Origin: an uncultured Pseudomonadota bacterium
Lineage (GTDB): Bacteria; Vulcanimicrobiota; Vulcanimicrobiia; Eremiobacterales; Eremiobacteraceae
Assembly (NCBI GenBank): GCA_963736005.1
Contig: CAVTNB010000003.1
Coordinates: forward strand, 128,001 to 192,000
Reading direction: 5' to 3'
DNA length: 64,000 nucleotides
Both the position numbers and the translations under genes were made by a program. Within the stretch, counting starts at the first letter, position 1; each line of letters opens with the position of its first letter. Below the pieces are notes generated by a model. It was given only the letters and a program-made list of their open reading frames with translations. It was not told where the DNA came from and made no database searches. Shown here one piece after another: positions 37,320-47,210 of this stretch.

Positions 37320-38702
37320 GTGAGCACCGGGTCAATGCCAATCGTTGCGATCGTCGGTCGTCCCAACGTCGGCAAGTCTGCGCTATTCAACCGGCTCGTG
37401 GGCGAGCGCGTTGCGATCGTCGAGCCGACGCCTGGCGTCACCCGCGATCGCTTGTATGGCGTGGTCGACTGGAACGGCCACCAGTTCACGCTGGTCGATA
37501 CGGGCGGCATCGAGACCGGGCGCGTCGATGACGTCACCGCGCAGACCCGCGGACAGGCGCAGATGGCGATTGACGAAGCCGACCTCATCGTGTTCGTCGT
37601 TGACGCAAAGACGGGCGTCATGCCCGCGGACACGGACGTCGCCAATCTCCTGCGCAGACATCGCGACCGAGTGTTGCTCGTTGCCAACAAGGTCGAATCT
37701 CCCAAAACCTCGGCGAGCATTTACGAATTCTGCTCGCTTGGATTTGACGTGCCGCTTGCAGTCTCGTCCATTCACGGATTGCAAAGTGGAGATTTGCTCG
37801 ACGCCATCGTCGATCGACTTCCCGAACCTACGCCGCATGTTGACAGCGACGACCCAACGATACGCATCGCCATCGTTGGCCAACCCAACGTTGGAAAATC
37901 CTCGCTTGCCAATGCCTTGCTCGGCCGACCGCGTGCGGTCGTGGCCGAGACGCCGGGAACCACGCGCGACGCAACCGACACTGCCATCGAAGCCGATGGC
38001 CGCCATTTTGTCATCATCGATACCGCCGGCATTCGCAGGCACGAGCGACGAGGGCCGGCGCTCGATCATTTCAGCGTCTTGCGAGCGGTTGCTGCGATTG
38101 GACGGTGTGATGTCGCCATTGTGGTCATCGATGTGATGTCCGGCGCCACCGCGCAAGATCGCCGCATCGCTGGCCTAGCCACTGAAGAAGGCAAGGGCCT
38201 CATCCTTTTGATCAACAAAGTTGACCTCGTGGAGGGCAGCGCGTTCGATCGCGAGCAGGCAAGCGAGATTCTCCGCAAGGAGTTCGCATTTGCGCCATAC
38301 GCCTCCATTTTGTATGCGTCTGCGCTGACAAAAAAGGGGGTGTCGAAGATCTGGGGAGCCGCGGCCGCGGTCGCTGATGAGCGGCGCAAGCGCGTGCCGA
38401 CTGCCAAGTTGAACGTCGTGGTGCGCGACGCATTTCGCTCGAGGCCACCTGCTCCGTTCCGCGGACACGCGCTGAAAATTTATTATGCCACGCAGAGCAG
38501 TGTCGCACCGCCCACATTCGTCTTCTTTGTCAACGATGCGCGCTTGGTGCATTTTTCGTACGAGCGCTATCTCGAGAACGCACTGCGCGCTACGTTTGGC
38601 TTCGTTGGAGCTCCCATGCGTCTGGTCTTTCGGCCTAGGGTCCAACAGGATTCGACAAAGGCAGACGATCTGATCGCTTCCGCGACTGAAGAATCATCGT
38701 AA
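37320..38702 (+). CDS. der: Ribosome biogenesis GTPase Der
   Basis: Two GTPase domains (GRPNVGKS, GQPNVGKS, DTGG/DTAG, NKVE/NKVD) and a KH-like C-terminus. Confidence 0.97.
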   Translation: MSTGSMPIVAIVGRPNVGKSALFNRLVGERVAIVEPTPGVTRDRLYGVVDWNGHQFTLVDTGGIETGRVDDVTAQTRGQAQMAIDEADLIVFVVDAKTGVMPADTDVANLLRRHRDRVLLVANKVESPKTSASIYEFCSLGFDVPLAVSSIHGLQSGDLLDAIVDRLPEPTPHVDSDDPTIRIAIVGQPNVGKSSLANALLGRPRAVVAETPGTTRDATDTAIEADGRHFVIIDTAGIRRHERRGPALDHFSVLRAVAAIGRCDVAIVVIDVMSGATAQDRRIAGLATEEGKGLILLINKVDLVEGSAFDREQASEILRKEFAFAPYASILYASALTKKGVSKIWGAAAAVADERRKRVPTAKLNVVVRDAFRSRPPAPFRGHALKIYYATQSSVAPPTFVFFVNDARLVHFSYERYLENALRATFGFVGAPMRLVFRPRVQQDSTKADDLIASATEESS

Positions 38703-39313
38703 TGATTGTTGCCCTCATCATTGCCGGCTCCTACGTCATTGGCTCCATTCCAGTTGGGATTCTCGTCGGGCGCGGACTGTTCGGCGTCGATCCCCGCACG
38801 GTGGGCAGTGGAAATATTGGAGCCGCCAACTCAATGCGCGCCCTCGGGCCGACCGGAGCGGTGCTCGTCCTCATCGGCGACGTCATCAAGGGATGCGTGC
38901 CCACGGCACTCGCGGCGCATTGGCTCGGATATGGAAATTGGGGAGTGGCGGCAGCCGGGCTTGCGACAGTAGTCGGACACAACTGGTCGATCTTCTTGGG
39001 CTTCAAAGGCGGCAAGGGCGTGGCTACCGGATTAGGCGTTCTCGTCGTCTTGTCATGGCCGGCTACATTTGTCTTCGCGATCGTGTGGCTTGCAACCGCG
39101 GGCATCACCCGCTACTCATCGCTCGGCTCGTTACTTGCCAACCTGTCGGTTCCGATTAGCCTGTGGCTGTTCCACGCGCCAATCTGGTACGTTGGCTACG
39201 GTGTCATTGCCCTGGTTCTCGTGGTTTGGAAGCACGCCGGGAATATTGCGCGCTTAGCAACCGGCACAGAATTACGCATCGGTACATCGAAGGAGCACGG
39301 CCAACAACAATGA
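38702..39313 (+). CDS. plsY: Glycerol-3-phosphate acyltransferase
   Basis: GSIP, GSGNIGAAN, GHNWS, FKGGKGVAT, HAGNI.RL. Confidence 0.95.
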   Translation: MIVALIIAGSYVIGSIPVGILVGRGLFGVDPRTVGSGNIGAANSMRALGPTGAVLVLIGDVIKGCVPTALAAHWLGYGNWGVAAAGLATVVGHNWSIFLGFKGGKGVATGLGVLVVLSWPATFVFAIVWLATAGITRYSSLGSLLANLSVPISLWLFHAPIWYVGYGVIALVLVVWKHAGNIARLATGTELRIGTSKEHGQQQ

Positions 39314-39867
39314 TTTCATCCAATGATTTTCGCACCGGCGTCACGATTATCGTCGACGGGCAACTGTGGCAAGTTGTAGATTTTCAGCACGTAAAGCCTG
39401 GCAAGGGTTCGGCCTTTGTCCGCACTCGGCTGCGAAACGTCATGCGGGGCAACGTACTCGAGAAAACCTTTCGCGCTGGCGAGATGCTGCAACGCGCTAT
39501 CGTTGAGACGCGCGAAATGCAGTATCTGTACGGTACCGCTGACGACTACTGTTTCATGGACAACTCAACCTACGAGCAGGTTCATCTTGGCCACGACCTG
39601 TTAGGCGATAACGTCGACCTGCTCAAAGAGGGCATGGTCATCAACGTGCAGTTCCACGACGGCAAAGTCATCGCGGCTGAACTTCCCAATCATATCGATC
39701 TGGAGGTTGTTGAGACAGATCCTGGCTTCCGCGGCGATACGGCGACCAACGTTCAGAAACCAGCCAAGCTCGAAACTGGTGCAACCATCAATGTGCCGCT
39801 TTTCGTCAACCCGGGCGATCGGATAAGGATCGATACTCGGGATCGCAAGTATATCTCTCGCGTTTGA
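39310..39867 (+). CDS. efp: Elongation factor P
   Basis: HVKPGKGSAFVR, PGFRGDTA, KPAKLETG. Confidence 0.97.
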   Translation: MISSNDFRTGVTIIVDGQLWQVVDFQHVKPGKGSAFVRTRLRNVMRGNVLEKTFRAGEMLQRAIVETREMQYLYGTADDYCFMDNSTYEQVHLGHDLLGDNVDLLKEGMVINVQFHDGKVIAAELPNHIDLEVVETDPGFRGDTATNVQKPAKLETGATINVPLFVNPGDRIRIDTRDRKYISRV

Positions 39868-39900
39868 TGTAAAGGGGCGATTTTCCAATCGCCCCCTACA
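39868..39900 (-). repeat. REP family-3 copy between convergent efp and GIY-YIG genes
   Basis: GTAG-GGGGCGATT-GGAA-AATCGCCCC on the minus strand. Confidence 0.8.
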
Positions 39901-40165
39901 CTTTGCGTTTCCAGCGCCGAGCGAGGCTGGCTTTTTCCTGATGGGAGCGGCTTTTCAACGATGCTTCGTAGCTTAGGGCTGCGTTCTTGGTTGCAAGCCG
40001 GCGTGCATACGCTAACCTCACGGGCAGCTTGCCACGCAAGATTTTCGAACCCTTGCCGAGGTTGTGGGCTTTGATGCGCTCGATCGGGTCGCGCGCATAA
40101 CCGCAATAGTAGCTTCCGTCTGCGCAACGCACGAGATAGACCCAGTGACTGCGCATCATGCTCAA
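39896..40165 (-). CDS. GIY-YIG nuclease (YazA/UPF0213-like)
   Basis: [25 protein letters not shown]...E..LK. Confidence 0.88.
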   Translation of the reverse strand: MSMMRSHWVYLVRCADGSYYCGYARDPIERIKAHNLGKGSKILRGKLPVRLAYARRLATKNAALSYEASLKSRSHQEKASLARRWKRKV

Positions 40166-41001
40166 ATCGCCGAGGTTGGTTCCGCCGCCTTGTCCGAGTC
40201 AAGTTGCGCACGCAGCTCGATCCAGGGTTTCAGATCATCGATCATATTGGCGGCGACTTCGAGTGGCATTGCCTGCTCGCCGTCACATAACGCATTGTGC
40301 GGATCGGGATGCGCCTCGACCATGATGCCGGTTGCGCCCATGGCAACGCATGCCCGCGCTAATTCGGGAATGATGTCAGCGCGGCCGGTCGAATGCGAAA
40401 GATCCACGATGACCGGCAAATGGCTCATGCGAAGCAAGAGCGCGACCCCGGCCAGATCGAGCATGTTCCGCGTGAGTGGTTCGAAAGAGCGCACGCCTCG
40501 CTCGCACAGGATCACATTCTCATTGCCTTGCAGCACATACTCGGCGGCCAACAAGAATTCTTCGATTGTCGCGGACATGCCGCGTTTGACAAGAACAGGC
40601 TTTTTCTGTTTGGCAAGTCGCTTGAGCAGCGAAAAATTCTGCATGTTGCGCGCACCGACTTGTAAAATGTCGAGATACGCTGAGGCCATGTCCACCGATT
40701 CAGTGTCCATCACCTCGGAGACACACAGCATGCCGTGCTCTGCAGCTGCTTGCGCGAGCAGTCGAAGTCCGCTCTCCGCGAGCCCTTGAAATGAGTAGGG
40801 AGACGTGCGCGGCTTGAAGGCGCCGCCTCGCAGGATGCGCACGCCATGGTCGGCAAGGACAGCCGCGGCGCTGTTGATTTGGCTTGCAGATTCGACACTG
40901 CAAGGTCCAGCGATGATGTGGAACCCGGAGTTGAGGTCCAGACCACCCACCGTAACGCCGATGTTGATTTCTTTGCGAGCGCTATACCGCGCCATGCTCA
41001 T
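40162..41001 (-). CDS. DAHP synthase type I-beta, catalytic domain only
   Basis: [42 protein letters not shown]. Confidence 0.92.
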   Translation of the reverse strand: MSMARYSARKEINIGVTVGGLDLNSGFHIIAGPCSVESASQINSAAAVLADHGVRILRGGAFKPRTSPYSFQGLAESGLRLLAQAAAEHGMLCVSEVMDTESVDMASAYLDILQVGARNMQNFSLLKRLAKQKKPVLVKRGMSATIEEFLLAAEYVLQGNENVILCERGVRSFEPLTRNMLDLAGVALLLRMSHLPVIVDLSHSTGRADIIPELARACVAMGATGIMVEAHPDPHNALCDGEQAMPLEVAANMIDDLKPWIELRAQLDSDKAAEPTSAI

Positions 41002-41076
41002 TAACCCTCAAGGCTGCGCCCTTCGCGTTTTCGCGTCTGGTTCTTGCCCCGCTTTCGACTTTCGCATGACTGTCGC

Positions 41077-41853
41077 ATGAGCGGACTCGACCTTGCGGCC
41101 TTCCTCGTGCTTGGGTTCGTGGCCGGAGCGTACGGCACGCTGGTGGGCATCGGCGGCGGTTTGCTCGTCGTGCCCGTCTTGATTTTCGCGCACTATCCGC
41201 CCAAGGACGCGGCCGGCACCTCCATGGTCGTTGTGCTGGCCAATGCAGCGTCTGGTTCGGTCAGCTACATTGGTCAGGGCCGCGTGCAGCTGCGCGCGGC
41301 GTTTGTCTTTGCTGTGGCCGGCATCCCCGGAGCCTTGCTCGGCGGCCTCGTGGATCAGTACGTGCCGCAGCGACTGTTCAGCCTGCTCTTTGGAGTGCTG
41401 CTCGCGTTTGTGGCAGTCAGGATTTTTGTCAGTCGAGGACCGGGCGTCAGTAGCAACGGCTCGAGTGCCACGACGGCAAATACTTCAGCCTTCTCGACTC
41501 CGATAGCCGCCATTGTCGGCTTTCTGGCAGGTTTCGTTGCGAGCGTCTTTGGCGTGGGTGGCGGGTTGATCTTTGTTCCGACGATGGTCTACGTCTTTGG
41601 CTTCTTGCCGCACGTGGCCACAGCGACATCGACCTTCATCATCGCGCTGACCGCAATCTTTGGCACGGCCTCACATGCATACTATCACGACATCCGCTGG
41701 GGTCCGGCTTTGGCGATCGCCGGCGGCGCGATTGTGGGCGCGCAGGTGGGCGCGCGCATTGCGCCCCGCATCCACCACTCCCAGCTTCTACGGCTTTTCT
41801 CCATTGCCGTCTTTCTTGCTGCGCTGTGGCTGTTCTACCGCGCCTTGCACTAA
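41077..41853 (+). CDS. TauE/SafE (TSUP) family transporter
   Basis: Duplicated G.GGG...VP motif, A.GTS/A.ATS. Confidence 0.9.
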   Translation: MSGLDLAAFLVLGFVAGAYGTLVGIGGGLLVVPVLIFAHYPPKDAAGTSMVVVLANAASGSVSYIGQGRVQLRAAFVFAVAGIPGALLGGLVDQYVPQRLFSLLFGVLLAFVAVRIFVSRGPGVSSNGSSATTANTSAFSTPIAAIVGFLAGFVASVFGVGGGLIFVPTMVYVFGFLPHVATATSTFIIALTAIFGTASHAYYHDIRWGPALAIAGGAIVGAQVGARIAPRIHHSQLLRLFSIAVFLAALWLFYRALH

Positions 41854-41864
41854 AGCGACAAAAC

Positions 41865-42446
41865 TTAGCTTTTCCCGTTCGGGCCGCGCCAGCGTGCGAA
41901 GGTCTCGTTGGGCACGCCAAGCGCGTCAAGCGCCTTTCCGACCGTGTGATTGACAATATCATCAATTGTTTTGGGCATCGCGTACATGCCCGGGATGGGT
42001 GGCAAAATCACCGCCCCTATCTCCGCCAGCTGCGCCAGCGTACGCAGGTGCCCAAGATGCAGCGGGGTCTCTCGCACGACGAGGACCAAGCGACGTCGTT
42101 CCTTGAGGCAGACATCGGCGGCGCGCACGAGCAGGTTATCGTTGAACGAGTATGCGATCGCGGCAGCCGACTTTATGGAACAGGGAATCACAAGCATGCC
42201 GTCGGTTTTAAACGAGCCGCTGGATATGGGCGCCGCAACATCGGCGGCGTCGTGCACGTGATGCGCTAAGGCTTCAACGGCAGCAACGGAGTACGATGTT
42301 TCAATCACAAGCGTGCGGCGTGCCTGCTCGCTCATCACGAGATGCACGGTTGCGTTGGGCACGTTGCGCAACGCCTCTAGCGTGCGGATCCCATACAGCG
42401 CTCCGCTTGCCCCCGTGATGCCGACGATGTACCTTGCCATGCTCAC
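41865..42446 (-). CDS. ubiX: Flavin prenyltransferase
   Basis: GITGASG, ISSGSF, PCS, RAADVCLKERR, RETPL. Confidence 0.95.
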   Translation of the reverse strand: MSMARYIVGITGASGALYGIRTLEALRNVPNATVHLVMSEQARRTLVIETSYSVAAVEALAHHVHDAADVAAPISSGSFKTDGMLVIPCSIKSAAAIAYSFNDNLLVRAADVCLKERRRLVLVVRETPLHLGHLRTLAQLAEIGAVILPPIPGMYAMPKTIDDIVNHTVGKALDALGVPNETFARWRGPNGKS

Positions 42447-42452
42447 CTGCCC

Positions 42453-42971
42453 TTAAGCAATTCGGCGCACGCTCAACTCGACCCGTGCGCTGAATCCACG
42501 TGGCGAGCAGCGAGCGCACGACACGCGGTATCCGGGCCGGCGGCGGCGCACGATCTGCGCGCGACATCGCGGGCACACAAGCAAGTAGCGCCGGCTGCTG
42601 CGCTTTGCGGTTTGCACCGGCAAGAAGTGATAGATGCTCGAAAGCCCGACTTCCCGCATCTTTCGCTTGAAGAGCGCACCGTGTCCATTCGGCAGCCCGT
42701 GCTCGTGGAGCCACGCATGCACCATCTCATGCAGGAGGGTCGCTTCGAGATGATTGGGATGTTGGCGCAGCAGCGGTTCCGACAGCTCGATGATCCGGGC
42801 TCGGTACGCGATCCGACCCGCAACCGAGGTCAGCCTGCGATTAAAGAGAATGCGGTGCGAGCGCAGCACGCCGCCAAAATGTCGAGCGTTCAAGTGGGCG
42901 AAGAGGAGCTGGATATCGGCGGCCGACGGCAGCTCACGTTGCTCGCGAAGGCCAACCATTTGCACTGGCAT
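42453..42971 (-). CDS. SprT-like zinc metalloprotease
   Basis: RLTSVAG, TLLHEMVH, HG..FK, C-terminal CPRC/CARC. Confidence 0.88.
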   Translation of the reverse strand: MPVQMVGLREQRELPSAADIQLLFAHLNARHFGGVLRSHRILFNRRLTSVAGRIAYRARIIELSEPLLRQHPNHLEATLLHEMVHAWLHEHGLPNGHGALFKRKMREVGLSSIYHFLPVQTAKRSSRRYLLVCPRCRAQIVRRRRPGYRVSCARCSPRGFSARVELSVRRIA

Positions 42972-43050
42972 TCGAGGCGCACTTCGGCCTGCCCGCGCGG
43001 TCCCCTTTGCACACAAGGTGCGCGCGGAAAGCGACGACAACTCACCTGTT

Positions 43051-43881
43051 ATGAAAGTCTACGTCTCTGCAGATATGGAAGGCGTCGCAGGCATCACTGC
43101 AGTCGAGCAAACCGATCCGACTGGTCAACCTGAGTACGCATATTCGTGCAAGCTTATGACTGCAGAAGTGCGCGCTGCCTGCGAGGGTGCTTCCGCCGGC
43201 GGCGCAACCGAGATCGTGGTCAACGATTCGCACTGGAACATGCGCAACGTCATTCACGAAGATTTGCCGCCGCCCGTTCGCTTGATTCGCGGGAGTCTCA
43301 AGCCCCTCTCAATGAATCAGGGCTTGGATCCATCGTTCGCGGCGGCCGCGTTTGTCGGATATCACGCACCCGCCGGCACCGCGGACGCAATCCTCGATCA
43401 CACATATTCTGGGTCCACGGCTTATGACGTGCGAATTAACGGCGAACATTGCAGCGAAGCTCGCGTCAACGCCGCGGTGGCTGGATGTTTTGGCGTCCCC
43501 GTCATCTTTCTCAGCGGTGACCAACAGGCGTGCGCGGATGCTCGTTCGTTCTTGCCCTGGATTGAAAGCGTTGAAGTGAAGCGCGCCATTGGCCGGTATG
43601 CTGCAAGCTCTCTATCACCCGAGGAAGCCCGCAAGGCGATTGCTGCCGGAATGCAACGTGCCGTGGCAAAATGCAGGGACAGCAAGCCGACGTCATATGC
43701 GTTTGCGAAGCCTGTGGTGCTCGAGTTGGTCTTGACCTCGACGGCAAAGGCTGACCTGGCGTCGCTGCTACCGGGCAGCGAGCGGATCGACGGCCGCACG
43801 GTGCGCTTTTGCCACGACGATTTCTTGACGGTGTTTCGGGCCTTCCGAGCCATGTTGGTGCTGGGAGGCTCGATAGATTAG
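43051..43881 (+). CDS. M55 family D-aminopeptidase (DppA-like)
   Basis: MKVYVSADMEG, VNDSH, FVGYHA, LDHT. Confidence 0.92.
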   Translation: MKVYVSADMEGVAGITAVEQTDPTGQPEYAYSCKLMTAEVRAACEGASAGGATEIVVNDSHWNMRNVIHEDLPPPVRLIRGSLKPLSMNQGLDPSFAAAAFVGYHAPAGTADAILDHTYSGSTAYDVRINGEHCSEARVNAAVAGCFGVPVIFLSGDQQACADARSFLPWIESVEVKRAIGRYAASSLSPEEARKAIAAGMQRAVAKCRDSKPTSYAFAKPVVLELVLTSTAKADLASLLPGSERIDGRTVRFCHDDFLTVFRAFRAMLVLGGSID

Positions 43882-43977
43882 TCGTTCCACTACTGGGGTG
43901 TGCGAGGCCACAGGAGCGGATCTAAAGGTCCGCTGCCAGCTTTAGCCTGTAACGAATTTAGGGGCTGCTATATCCTA

Positions 43978-44084
43978 TGAGCGTGCCGGGCGCCGTAACA
44001 GCGGTCCCCCAACAGCGCGACGTCCGGCGGGTAACTCTGCAAGAATCAGGCCCGGTATGCTCACACCGGGCCTGATCATTTATT
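43978..44084 (+). ncRNA. Candidate small structured RNA
   Basis: TATCCT -10-like box, GC hairpin with a CCCCC-containing loop, then a perfect 12-bp terminator-like hairpin, between convergent genes. Confidence 0.3.
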
Positions 44085-44160
44085 ATGTAGCAGCGCACCT
44101 TCAGGTGCGCTTGTCATCGAGCGGACCTAAAGGTCCGCTGCTACATGTCCGCGGCTACAT
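44085..44160. repeat. Inverted REP family-1 doublet plus duplicated head
   Basis: atgtagcagcgcaccttcaggtgcgct ... gagcggacctaaaggtccgctgctacat gtccgcggctacat. Confidence 0.88.
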
Positions 44161-45059
44161 TTTGTGCTGTCTCGGCGGTTGGTTCTGAAACCGGTTCTCC
44201 GTTTGTTCCGGCATGCGTTTCAGTGTCGGCAGACTCTTCCGCATGGAGCGGCTGCTCCGCTTTGGCTTCCGCCGCATCGGCCGGCTTAGGCGCAGTCTCC
44301 GCTGTGTGTTCTGTTCCTGGCGCTGGGGGCTGCCAATCGTAGTCCGCACCCGTTAGCCCGAACTGCTCGGGGTTGAGGCCAAGCTTGTGCATCCAATCAA
44401 GCGCGAGCAAGTAGTGACGCTTCGTGCGGTAGGCTAGCCAACGGCGACGCAATCCGTCATCTTCATCCACGGCCTCGCGAAAGCGGCGAAAGGCTCCCTT
44501 TCCGGAGATGGACGATCGCAATCGCCCAGCCACGTTGATGTCCTCCACCAAACTGATGAAATCGGACATGATGCCGTAGCGAGTCTCGGTCGTCACAGGG
44601 TTGATTTTTCGCAGATCGGGATTGGCCTGCGCCTCTGCGATGCGCGCGGTCTCTTGATCGCCTAAATTGTGCATGAAATGTTCGATAGCGCCCGTCTTGA
44701 TGTTGAAAAAAGCCACGCTGTCAACATCGCCACCGGTGAGAGCTGTGCCGAGCTCGTCCAGCAGCGGGCTTCTCTTCACTGGTCCAAGACGAACCTGCCG
44801 TGCTGGCTGGCGTGCATGGCCACCATGTGCTTGTTCTAAACCGAGTGCCCTGCGCAGCTCATGCTGGATCGAACGCCGGCAGGCCCAAATTGCTCAACCG
44901 CACGTGATGGCCGGCAAGCTCGATGAACAGATCTTCGAGTTTTCTTCGTCCTTGCGGATCGGTTGCGGCTTCCTGGGGTGAGATGCCGTCCAGGTCGGCG
45001 AGTGGTCTGCGGATCCATTCCGTCGTGACGTACGCTTCGTTGATACTTGACTCTGCCAT
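44141..45059 (-). CDS. MbcA/ParS-C-terminal-like domain fused to a UPF0158 domain; apparent +1 frameshift at about 44862
   Basis: WIRRPLADLDGISPQEA...GRRKLE..FDP then, in the shifted frame, ELRRALGL...GPVKRSPLL joining GKGAFRRFRE. Confidence 0.65.
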
Positions 45060-45104
45060 TTGTATCACTCTCTCTCTTTGTGCCCTGTAGCGGTGCGCTG
45101 TTGG

Positions 45105-46508
45105 TCACACCGCGGCGTGTTGTTTGCGACCGATCCCTTCGGCAATTTGGACGACGTCGTCCTCGGTGAGACCGAGGCGGCGCATATTTTCGTAGTATTG
45201 CGCGACGATCTCGGAGACCCGTCCTGTTCTCGCTCTCTCTTCGCGAACCCGCTTGACCTCCTCTAAGACTTGCTTGCTCAGGTTGCCGTCGACCGTGATA
45301 CCGGCCTTGGCCAGTCGTCCCTCATTCTTTCGCAGGGTCGATTCGATCACCGACAGCCCGCTGTGCTTCCCAAAGACGAACTGCATATGCGCACCCACCA
45401 AAGCCGCGGGCACGGCCTCGTACATGCGCGGATCGATCAGCATGGCGTGGGTATGGATCCCCGATTCGTGCGAAAAGACGTTTGCGCCGATGATGGGCTC
45501 ATGCGCTTCGATCGGGAACCCGGAAACCGATTCCATGAACCGGGCCAACTCCTGAAGCTTGTTGTACTGAAAACCGGGGATGTCGACGTCATAGAGGACG
45601 CGCAATGCCGTGACGACTTGATGCAGCGGCACGTTGCCCGCACGTTCTCCGTAGCCATTGGCGGTCACCGTGAAGGCGCGGAAGCCGCACGCGAGCGACG
45701 TGATGCAATTGATCGTGCCGAGACCATAGTCGTTGTGGAAGTGGTTGAGCAGCGTGATGTCTTTGGGCATCGCCGAGACGATGCGCGTGCAGTACCAGCG
45801 CGTCGCCTCGGGCGTAAGGCAGCCGACGGTGTCGGGCCAAGACGGTCTCGTCCCGCCCGCTTCGATGCCCTTGCGGAAGAGTTCGATGAAATAATCGACG
45901 TCGCCGCGGCTGCCGTCTTCGCCGCCAAACTCCACATAGCGTCGACGCCTTTGCTGCGCGCATAGCGAATGGCGTCGCACTGCATGCGGATATTGGCCTG
46001 CCGATAAAACTCAAGCGGTAAATCCAGCCACTCGGATTCCGACTTGCCTTCGCGAGCCAAGCAGCGTCTTGCCGATCTTGTACTTCATGTGCAAATCGCT
46101 GCCGGACGTAAAAATGAAGAACGTGACGTCACTCGGTTGGACTTTGATCTCCTCAAGCGCGGTCAGCGTCGCGTCGATGTCCTTGGAATTACTGCGGCAC
46201 ATGACGACGACGTCGAGGTCGGCTCGGATCTCGCCCTTGCGCTTGCCCTGCATAATCAGTTGCAGCGAACGGCGCTCGTCTTCGGAAACGGCTGGAAATC
46301 CAACGTCCATGATGTGGACGCCGATATCAGACAACCGACGACAGATTTCGTACTTCTGCTCGGGTGTGTAGGCGATGCCGGGCATTTGCTCGCCGTCGCG
46401 CAGGGAGGTGTCGTAAATGCGCAATTCGGAGGCGGGCGGGAATTTAACCTCGCGCGTGAACTCTCGCGGATCGCGAATGAGCTTTTCGATCGGCTCGCGG
46501 AATTCCAC
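45105..46508 (-). CDS. DRE-TIM metallolyase (homocitrate synthase/LeuA-like) with two apparent frameshifts (about 46060 and 45940)
   Basis: DTSLRDGEQ, EDGSR, HFHNDYGL, GERAGN, HESGIH and GKHSG spread over three consecutive frames. Confidence 0.85.
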
Positions 46509-46519
46509 GGTTACTCCTT

Positions 46520-46546
46520 AGCGGACCTAAAGGTCCGCTGCTACAT
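46520..46546 (-). repeat. REP family-1 copy between a stop codon and the next RBS
   Basis: TAA-TGTAGCAGCGGACCTTTAGGTCCGCT-AAGGAG-TAACC-GTG on the minus strand. Confidence 0.88.
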
Positions 46547-47046
46547 TAAGGCTGGACGACTATTTCGCCACGCATCCCAGCAGAATAGTCAAAAAAGCAT
46601 CCGTAGAGATAGGTTCCAGGCTTCGTCGCGATGACAGGTGACGAATGCGCACCTGGCGCTAGATCTCCCGTGCTCCATGCCCCCGCGCCGATCTTGCCGC
46701 CTGCCTGCAGCGCATTGTCAGTCCATCGAGGGTTGTCCGGAAACGTCGTTTCCTCGGCAATGCCGGTCGCGGTGTGGTGTCGCGTGTCGGCGTTTTGGAA
46801 CACAATCGAATCTCCGACATGGATGACGACTCTACCGGGCGACACTCCCACAAACTGCCCTGCATCGATCTGCCCCACTTTCGCGTAGCGCGTGAGGCTT
46901 AAGGTGATGAAGTCGGTCTGCGCAGACTTAGCTGGAACGGCAAACACGAGCGCAATGCAGACGGCCCAAAGGGCGATGCCGCACAGAGCCGGGAGGCCCG
47001 TGGCGGAGCGGTTTGGGCGAGTAATCTGGGTCATAGTTGTAGCCAT
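46546..47046 (-). CDS. Exported cupredoxin-fold protein
   Basis: VGDSIVFQN.D...HTAT, PGTYLYGCFFDYSAGMRGEIVV. Confidence 0.8.
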   Translation of the reverse strand: MATTMTQITRPNRSATGLPALCGIALWAVCIALVFAVPAKSAQTDFITLSLTRYAKVGQIDAGQFVGVSPGRVVIHVGDSIVFQNADTRHHTATGIAEETTFPDNPRWTDNALQAGGKIGAGAWSTGDLAPGAHSSPVIATKPGTYLYGCFFDYSAGMRGEIVVQP

Positions 47047-47210
47047 AGCATTGCCGTAACGGTAATAGTTGTCGGAATGTTCGCATCGCCCGGGGCGCAT
47101 ACCCGCAGCCCGCGCCACCTGGACGTGCGCCCGGCCACACTTTCGGCTTTCCCCGCAAAACGGTAACAGCAAGCTTTCGGACGAGGTCAAACAAGCGGAT
47201 AACTCTATCC

